This document shows positions 42,725 through 48,932 of a stretch of DNA of 48,932 bases, piece by piece; within the stretch, counting starts at the first letter, position 1; each line of letters begins with the position of its first letter. The notes under the pieces were generated by a model. It was given only the letters and a program-made list of their open reading frames with translations, was not told where the DNA came from and made no database searches. Origin of the DNA: Bdellovibrio sp. (lineage in GTDB: Bacteria > Bdellovibrionota > UBA1018); contig JACPOE010000010.1 of the NCBI GenBank assembly GCA_016185105.1, positions 2,370-51,301 of the forward strand. Direction: 5' to 3'. Made by a program: the position numbers and the translations under genes.

Positions 42725-43249
42725 CTACAGACTTGTCGTTCGCAAAACTTTTCCCGAGTTTCGCTTCGCAGCTAATGCTCTTTGAGAATGGGTCTCTCCC
42801 TTGGCTACCATGTCTTGCAATCTCAAAAGCGCATGAAGTACACCCTCAGGAGCAGGGGGGCAACCCGGCACATAGACGTCTACCGGAATCATTGTGTCGA
42901 TCCCTTGAAGAACACTGTAAACATTGAAAATTCCACCAGAAGACGCACATGCCCCAAAAGACATCACGAATTTCGGATCACTCATCTGGTCATAGACCGT
43001 CTTAAGCACTGGAGCCATCTTGAGGTTGATAATGCCTGCCACAATCAAAAGGTCGCTCTGACGGGGAGAAAAACGGACAACCTCAGCGCCAAACCTCGAC
43101 ATATCGTAATCAGAACAAAGTGTGGCCATCATCTCAATCCCACAGCAACTAGTTCCAAACGGAAGAGGCCAAATCGCATTCTTACGACCCCAATTAACGA
43201 TCGTATCCAGTCTCGTTGTAAGAAAACCTACGGAACCGTCTTTACTCAT
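42725..43249 (-). CDS. nuoB: NADH-quinone oxidoreductase subunit B
   Basis: [21 protein letters not shown] and VPGCPP. Confidence 0.97.
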   Translation of the reverse strand: MSKDGSVGFLTTRLDTIVNWGRKNAIWPLPFGTSCCGIEMMATLCSDYDMSRFGAEVVRFSPRQSDLLIVAGIINLKMAPVLKTVYDQMSDPKFVMSFGACASSGGIFNVYSVLQGIDTMIPVDVYVPGCPPAPEGVLHALLRLQDMVAKGETHSQRALAAKRNSGKVLRTTSL

Positions 43250-43270
43250 GATTTTTTATTTCCATAAAAT

Positions 43271-43630
43271 TTATTCCCACTCTAAAGCGCCTTTGCCCAG
43301 AACATAAAAATAACCAACTAAAAGAATCAAGGCAAAGAAACCCATCTCAATCAAGATGAAAGCGTTTATTGTGAGATATTTTTTATAAACTACTGCCCAG
43401 GGATAGAAAAAGATGGCTTCAACATCAAAAAGAAGAAAAAGGATCGCTACCAGATAAAATCGAACCGAGAAGCGATGCCTGGCTGACCCATAGCCGGGAA
43501 CCCCGCACTCAAAGGGCATGTTTTTTTTCTTGTTTTGAATTCCGGACCCAAGAAGAGTGGTCAGCAACAGAATTGCTCCACCGACCGTCAGACCCACCAT
43601 CATTAATATAAGTACCGGGATATAAGACAT
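43271..43630 (-). CDS. nuoA: NADH-quinone oxidoreductase subunit A
   Basis: PFECG, FYLVAILFLLFDVE and KGALEWE. Confidence 0.97.
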   Translation of the reverse strand: MSYIPVLILMMVGLTVGGAILLLTTLLGSGIQNKKKNMPFECGVPGYGSARHRFSVRFYLVAILFLLFDVEAIFFYPWAVVYKKYLTINAFILIEMGFFALILLVGYFYVLGKGALEWE

Positions 43631-43663
43631 GATACTTTTTATAGCCCGGTGCCGACGCAGGTG

Positions 43664-45142
43664 CTACCAGAAAATAAAGCCTAAGGATTGCCCCGCCCAA
43701 TTAAATAGAAACTCTGCAAACACTCCGGCCAAGACCATTGGAACAAGAAGTGTCGCTAACAAAACTTTTCTTGCAGGCGACCGCCTACTCCCCAAAACCG
43801 CAAATTCTTTGAGATCCCCAAAATCTCCAATCAGCCTATAAACCAAACGGGCCACGGCAGCAGAGGAGACCACCATTGAAAACACCCCAGCTATCGCTAG
43901 AAAGGATCTTTCATGGCGAATAGCTGCTCCGATCAAACTAAATTTTGCAATAAACCCAGGAGTCGGTGGACTGCCGACTAGACAAAAAAGAAAAATCACC
44001 AAACAAATGCACTCAGGTACAGCACCCCGCATCGCTCCCCGAAGCCGATCCAATTGATCCGCTTGAAGCTGGTCGATCAAGAAGGACAGAACATAGAAGA
44101 TTCCAACCAGCGAAAAAAGCTGAATCACTAACGAATACAGAAGCGCTGCAATTCCGACTTCATCTAGAACTAGCAGGCCAATCAAAAGAAAACCTGATTC
44201 GGCCACAACAAGGTAGCTCACCAACCGTTTTGCACGATTCTGCCGAAATGCGAGTAATGAGCCAATCCCCATCGAAAGCCCTGCAACGACAGAAAGCATC
44301 TTGGTCCAATCAAATTGTCCAAGTATTTCCCAATGTCCGGCAGAAGAAGCAGGTTGAGTGAATACAGCAACCAAGACCCGAGTCATAAACGCAAAGCCAG
44401 CAGCCCTTGGCCCAAGAGATAGGAACGCAGAAACAGGAGTCGGTGCGCCCTCTAAAACATCGGGCACCACCATGTACGCAGGGAATGCGCCAATTTGATA
44501 GGAGAGAGAAACAAGGAGAAGCACGAAAACAACCAGCAACACTTGAGGATCCAACGGCTTAGTCAAAAGAACTTTGTGGATTTCGTAAATATTTAAGGAA
44601 TGGGTAGTGGCAAACAAAATTGCGGCCGCATAGAGAAATAACGCTGCTGCAACTGCCCCAAAGGCCATCGATTTTACTGCGGCCTCAGTGGACAGAATTG
44701 ATTTTTTTCCATAGGCAGCCAAAAAATGACTAATCACATTCAAAAGCAGAAGGGATAGAAAAGCGAGAGCAAGATCGGCTACAGAAGCAATCAAGCACAT
44801 TGCTAGAGTCGAGGCTAGAATCAGAGCACAGTACTCGGAACGTCTTGCCTCTGCGATTTCTTTAGAATGCGAGACGGTAGCGATGGCAAACGATGCCAGG
44901 ACGATAAAAAAGAGCTTAAAAAAAAGTGAAAACCCGTCTATCGAAAGAGCTCCACCAAAAATTTGGGCAGCGCCATGTTCATAGGAAATCAGGGTTTGAA
45001 TAAAAGCGCCCCCTAATCCAAGTAGCGCCGTCGCCGTGATCAGCCTGACTTGTTCTCCGTAGTAGGTGATCTCACCGGCAATAACAAAAGCCAGAGTGAG
45101 CGCTAAGAAAATTTCGGGTGTGATCAGTAGAAATTCTTTCAT
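43664..45142 (-). CDS. Divergent NuoN paralog (NuoN') lacking the TM5 Glu and TM7 Lys
   Basis: PEI, STEAAVK, PDVLEGAPTPVSAFLS and PPTPGFIAKF align with NuoN. Confidence 0.88.
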   Translation of the reverse strand: MKEFLLITPEIFLALTLAFVIAGEITYYGEQVRLITATALLGLGGAFIQTLISYEHGAAQIFGGALSIDGFSLFFKLFFIVLASFAIATVSHSKEIAEARRSEYCALILASTLAMCLIASVADLALAFLSLLLLNVISHFLAAYGKKSILSTEAAVKSMAFGAVAAALFLYAAAILFATTHSLNIYEIHKVLLTKPLDPQVLLVVFVLLLVSLSYQIGAFPAYMVVPDVLEGAPTPVSAFLSLGPRAAGFAFMTRVLVAVFTQPASSAGHWEILGQFDWTKMLSVVAGLSMGIGSLLAFRQNRAKRLVSYLVVAESGFLLIGLLVLDEVGIAALLYSLVIQLFSLVGIFYVLSFLIDQLQADQLDRLRGAMRGAVPECICLVIFLFCLVGSPPTPGFIAKFSLIGAAIRHERSFLAIAGVFSMVVSSAAVARLVYRLIGDFGDLKEFAVLGSRRSPARKVLLATLLVPMVLAGVFAEFLFNWAGQSLGFIFW

Positions 45143-45145
45143 TTT

Positions 45146-46645
45146 TCACCTAACGGTTGAAAGGAGCGTCAAGACAGTCGGTCGGATGAGTTCGATCAGT
45201 GGTTTTGGATACAACCCGAAAAAAAGAAGCCCACAGACAACAGGGGCCATATAAAACCGTTCTCTTAAGGTAAGATCTTGAAACCCTTGCACAGCAGATC
45301 CAGGGCTTCCCAAAAAAACGTTCCTATACATATTAAAGAGATAGTATGAGGCTAAAAGCAAAGCGCCCCCTGACATGAAAAGGGTAAAGGGATGAACCGA
45401 GAAACTTCCAATCACAACCAAGGAGTGCCCTACAAACCCGCCAAAACCAGGAAAACCCAAAAGGGAAACAATCACAACGCCTGCGACGACTGAAACCGCA
45501 GGAGCACGAACCGCAATCCCTCCGAGAGTTCTTTGTCCTTGGGCATTTAGAAAATCCGATCGCCCGGTGCGGTCAGAGATAATACCTGAAAAAAGCCCAA
45601 AACCGGCAAGTGCCAAGCCTAAAATAAGCTGCTGAAACACTGAGCCCACAACCCCAGTTGCATTCAACGAACCAATCCCCATCATTACAATACCAACCTC
45701 ACTCAAACAAACGTAGGCCAGAAGAGAACGAAGGTTTCGCTGAGACAGCGCGCACACGCCACCCATGATCAAGTTGACCGCCCCAACCGCCAAAACAATG
45801 CGCGAGGCCGTGCCCAAGACATCAGGAAATAAACAGTAACAAATCCTCAGAAAAATATAGGTGGCCACGGGTACTGTCGCGGCCGCGAGCGCCACAAAAA
45901 CAGTCGACGGACCTTCGGTTGCCATTTCGATAAACCAGCCGTGAAGCGGCCAAACGGGAGCCCTGAGAGCCAGCCCGAAACTGATTAAAGTAAAAGCGAC
46001 CCATGAAACCTGAAAGTCATAGCCTAAAAAGTGAAAGTGTTGGCCCGCAAATTTTCCACCTGACAATTCACGAATTGAAAACCCATGCGGATCGATTGAG
46101 TAATAAACAATAATGAGAGCAATAAAAATGAGTGCGTTCCCCACCGTCGCGGCGACCGTGGAACGAAAGGCCGCTTTTTCTCGGCCTTCTCCACCCCAGA
46201 TTCCAACGAGAAAATAGAAAGGTAACGCACTTAAGCCCCAAAAAAAGAGCTGTAAGAACAAGTCCTGAGCGCAAACAGCGCCACTGAGTGCAGTCTGCAA
46301 AACCAGAAGAAGACTATGAAGCCCTCTTACCCCCACCTGCTGATTCCACTCGGCAGAAATAAGAACAGGAAAGAGAATCGCGATCAAAAGCACTAGAAGC
46401 GCATTTAAGCCATCGACTGCCATTTCATAACTAATCGCGTAGGCTCCCACCCACGGGAAGCTTTCGATCGCCTGCATCTCGGCAGTTTGAGTCTGCATTG
46501 AGGCTACTAAAATTACAGCACATGCGCTTGCAGCAAGACTCGCTATCAATGCGATCCAACGACTTCTCGGAACGGGCACGAAAGCTTGAGAAATCGCACC
46601 AATTAGCGGGAATAAAACGGTCAAACTGATCAAATGGTTATTCAA
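45146..46645 (-). CDS. Divergent NuoM paralog (NuoM') with altered charged axis residues
   Basis: AVDGLN, GIWGGEGR, PVWPLHGW, LGFPGFGGFVG, DLTLRE and FGLYPKPL align with NuoM; TTG start after GAGGG. Confidence 0.88.
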   Translation of the reverse strand: MNNHLISLTVLFPLIGAISQAFVPVPRSRWIALIASLAASACAVILVASMQTQTAEMQAIESFPWVGAYAISYEMAVDGLNALLVLLIAILFPVLISAEWNQQVGVRGLHSLLLVLQTALSGAVCAQDLFLQLFFWGLSALPFYFLVGIWGGEGREKAAFRSTVAATVGNALIFIALIIVYYSIDPHGFSIRELSGGKFAGQHFHFLGYDFQVSWVAFTLISFGLALRAPVWPLHGWFIEMATEGPSTVFVALAAATVPVATYIFLRICYCLFPDVLGTASRIVLAVGAVNLIMGGVCALSQRNLRSLLAYVCLSEVGIVMMGIGSLNATGVVGSVFQQLILGLALAGFGLFSGIISDRTGRSDFLNAQGQRTLGGIAVRAPAVSVVAGVVIVSLLGFPGFGGFVGHSLVVIGSFSVHPFTLFMSGGALLLASYYLFNMYRNVFLGSPGSAVQGFQDLTLRERFYMAPVVCGLLFFGLYPKPLIELIRPTVLTLLSTVR

Positions 46646-46724
46646 AGGACCCTCTGTCTTAAATTATTTTTGAGTTCGATTCCAAATTTTGCAGCACCCA
46701 TCTCGCACCCTGTTTATAGAACAG

Positions 46725-48659
46725 CTATAATTTTATATAATGAGCCAGCAATGCAAACCCGGAAGAAATCACGAAAAAAAGATAAAGTCGTAAATCTCCT
46801 GTTTGAACCAACTGTAAGGCTTTACCAGGAACTTCAATGACCTTACGCACCGAAGTTCCGATTCCATCTGAAATCGCCGCATCTACGCCTCTAAATAGAG
46901 ACGAGACCCTTTCAAGAAAATAGGTAATCCCAGCGGGAACCCACTCTGACCAGATCCTTCCATCAATCACTCTGGATGCTGACCTACCCACCCAAGCTAA
47001 AGTTTGAACAAATTTTTTATAAAAGAGGTCCATCTGAAAGCCTTGGGCGACGAAACTTGAAACCCGAGGAAAAACCTGCGCGATCCTGGTCCACTTGTCT
47101 TCTTTCCTTCCAGAAGTCCAATAAGCGGTGAGTAAAGAAATAAGCAGGACCCCCCAGTAGAAACTCGAGGCTGACCAACTCTCAGGCGAATCCTTGAAGT
47201 CCATACCTGGAGCGCCAAAGACTCCTTCCAATAGGGATGGGAGAACCCGATCAATCGAACCAAAGACAGCTCCCCCTGTGCAGGTCCCTGTCCAGAGCAC
47301 TGCTAATGAAAGGATAAGCCAAAGAACGGATGACAAAATCACCATCCAAGAAGAATTCGATGCAGAAGTAAGTTTAGAAATGCGCCAAGCAATACACCAA
47401 CCCAAAAGACCAAAGAAAAACAGCAAGAATAAGAAAAAGGTCACCTGAACGGGTGAATCAATGGCTTTTGCAACCCAGGGCAAGCTCCCTGAGAGGGTTA
47501 AAAAACCGATAAAACCCGTGCCACTAGCCGCAGCAGTGAAAGAAAGCCCCTTTAACCAAAAAGCTCGCGTCCTTGCTACAGCATTAGAGGTTGTGGGTTT
47601 TTCCTCTAAGGCACTCCCTAAATTCCCCTGGGCAAGCGCACTGAGGCTCATTCCCAGCAGAAAAGCAAACGCCGGCGTACGCCCAGTAAAAGCTAAGATA
47701 GTGAGGGCAAGCGATAAGCCTCCAACTGTCCAGAGTCCAAGAGCAATGCGCCAGTTTCTTTGAAACAACCCAGATAAAAAGGCTAATAGCGCGGCACAGG
47801 CAGCAAGCCAGCCCAACCCGGGGAAAAGCCCTAATGCGCGGAATTGATGTTCCAAACGAATTAGCAAAACAAAGAGCGCCCACGACGGAAAAAGTTGATT
47901 CAACAAAATCCGCTGGGTTGGACTCTGTTTAGACTCTGCAACCACCCAGCCCAGAACAGGAAACAGATGCGCTTGCAAAAAAAACCCAGCAAAAACCAGC
48001 GCTAGTCCCAAGGCACCCGTAAACGAACTCTCTTCTTTCCAAACTGATGTCTCGTTCAAAAAAAGATTGAGTTGCCCGGTCACCAAAACACAAGCACCAA
48101 AAAAAGTAAGCAGAAGACCAAATGAGTTTTCCCAAAAGAACCGTGCAGTGACTTTCGCCTCAGCGTCATTTTCCCAAAAAGCAGCAAAGGACAAACCGCC
48201 CCCAACCACCGTCAGAGCTAAACCAACAAAGAGAAGCCAGGGGGTTAAGGCCAAACTAACCACACCCATGCCAGCCATCGAAATCGCCAGTGCTCCTAGA
48301 GAACGCTCTGAATGAGCATGTTTGAAGACGGAAGTATTTAGGAGGAGTCCCGCTGCAACCAGTGCAGCAATCAAAAACAGGACTAAGCCAAAAAGGTCCT
48401 GAAAAACACCGACCGTGAGGGCATTGGCGTCCGTCTTAGGGAGAATCCATCCTGAGGACCAAACCTTACTATGAAACTCTTCTCGTAAGAACAGCCCGGA
48501 CTCCAAACCAACCCCAAGCAAAGCTAAGAGTACCCCAACCCACAGAAGCCATACCCCCCTAGCTGGAAGGCGATTTCCAAAAGCAAAGATCAAAACCCCG
48601 ATCATTAAATAAATGAATGAGAACCAAAAAAGAAGGGTAGGGGAGTTCAGTGTAATCAT
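46725..48659 (-). CDS. Highly divergent NuoL paralog (NuoL') lacking the charged axis residues
   Basis: 644 aa polytopic protein between K' and M'. GFQMDLFY..IDGRI..VQTGDLRLY matches the NuoL lateral-helix C-terminus (KWYIDEIY..IDRIV..IQTGSLQVY). Confidence 0.8.
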   Translation of the reverse strand: MITLNSPTLLFWFSFIYLMIGVLIFAFGNRLPARGVWLLWVGVLLALLGVGLESGLFLREEFHSKVWSSGWILPKTDANALTVGVFQDLFGLVLFLIAALVAAGLLLNTSVFKHAHSERSLGALAISMAGMGVVSLALTPWLLFVGLALTVVGGGLSFAAFWENDAEAKVTARFFWENSFGLLLTFFGACVLVTGQLNLFLNETSVWKEESSFTGALGLALVFAGFFLQAHLFPVLGWVVAESKQSPTQRILLNQLFPSWALFVLLIRLEHQFRALGLFPGLGWLAACAALLAFLSGLFQRNWRIALGLWTVGGLSLALTILAFTGRTPAFAFLLGMSLSALAQGNLGSALEEKPTTSNAVARTRAFWLKGLSFTAAASGTGFIGFLTLSGSLPWVAKAIDSPVQVTFFLFLLFFFGLLGWCIAWRISKLTSASNSSWMVILSSVLWLILSLAVLWTGTCTGGAVFGSIDRVLPSLLEGVFGAPGMDFKDSPESWSASSFYWGVLLISLLTAYWTSGRKEDKWTRIAQVFPRVSSFVAQGFQMDLFYKKFVQTLAWVGRSASRVIDGRIWSEWVPAGITYFLERVSSLFRGVDAAISDGIGTSVRKVIEVPGKALQLVQTGDLRLYLFFVISSGFALLAHYIKL

Positions 48660-48932
48660 TGTTTCAGTGCCTGAAGTTCATCCATTGAAATTTTTCTCTT
48701 AAGAAAAAACATTCTAATCGCTAACGAGTACCCTACAACAAGCTGAGCGATCCCTGCCAAAGTAATAAATAGACCTAAGATATGTCCCTGAATCCGAAGG
48801 CCTGATTGGATTCCCGCCATCACGAAGATCATTGTGGACCCTAAAACCAGCAGTTGTACTCCAATCAAAAGCCCAAGAAGGGTTTTTCGGGAAACCATAC
48901 AGACCAACCCCATTCCGCCAATCAATCCTGCT
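48656..48932 (-). CDS. Divergent NuoK paralog (NuoK'), 5'-partial at the window edge
   Basis: RKTLLGLLIGVQLL..GHILGLFITLAGIAQLVVG..MDELQALKQ aligns without gaps to NuoK; the frame is open to the edge; 4-nt overlap with NuoL'. Confidence 0.85.
   Translation of the reverse strand, partial: AGLIGGMGLVCMVSRKTLLGLLIGVQLLVLGSTMIFVMAGIQSGLRIQGHILGLFITLAGIAQLVVGYSLAIRMFFLKRKISMDELQALKQ

Noticed and set aside
30983-48315. Many short antisense or alternate-frame ORFs inside nuo genes
   Set aside because: They lie within conserved genes and show no recognisable motifs.
43664-48932. Calling the upstream cluster a standard Mrp Na+/H+ antiporter or a set of pseudogenes
   Set aside because: The order and C-terminal motifs match NuoK-L-M-N, Mrp subunits keep the TM5 Glu and TM7 Lys that are lost or altered here, and the ORFs are uninterrupted.

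Overview
Bacterial chromosomal segment, probably from a Bdellovibrionota/Oligoflexia-like organism (inferred from the gene families, not from a marker search). The left half (1-25.6 kb) mixes housekeeping genes (prs-pth-ychF, leuS, tRNA-Ser) with accessory genes. These include an ECF sigma/anti-sigma pair divergent from an exported metallothionein-like peptide, an MFS drug transporter with a structured leader, a lytic transglycosylase, glycosyltransferases and a secreted Ser/Thr kinase. The right half is one long minus-strand run: a second, divergent NuoK'-L'-M'-N' set, then a canonical nuoA-N operon, a 1008-aa TPR protein and serS. Top finding: the second complex I membrane-arm set is uninterrupted (NuoL'/M'/N' full length, NuoK' cut by the window edge), yet most conserved proton-translocation Glu/Lys/His residues are replaced, which suggests a non-pumping or repurposed membrane arm. 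At least seven genes in the left half show abrupt internal deletions (including leuS); these are most likely assembly-gap artefacts.
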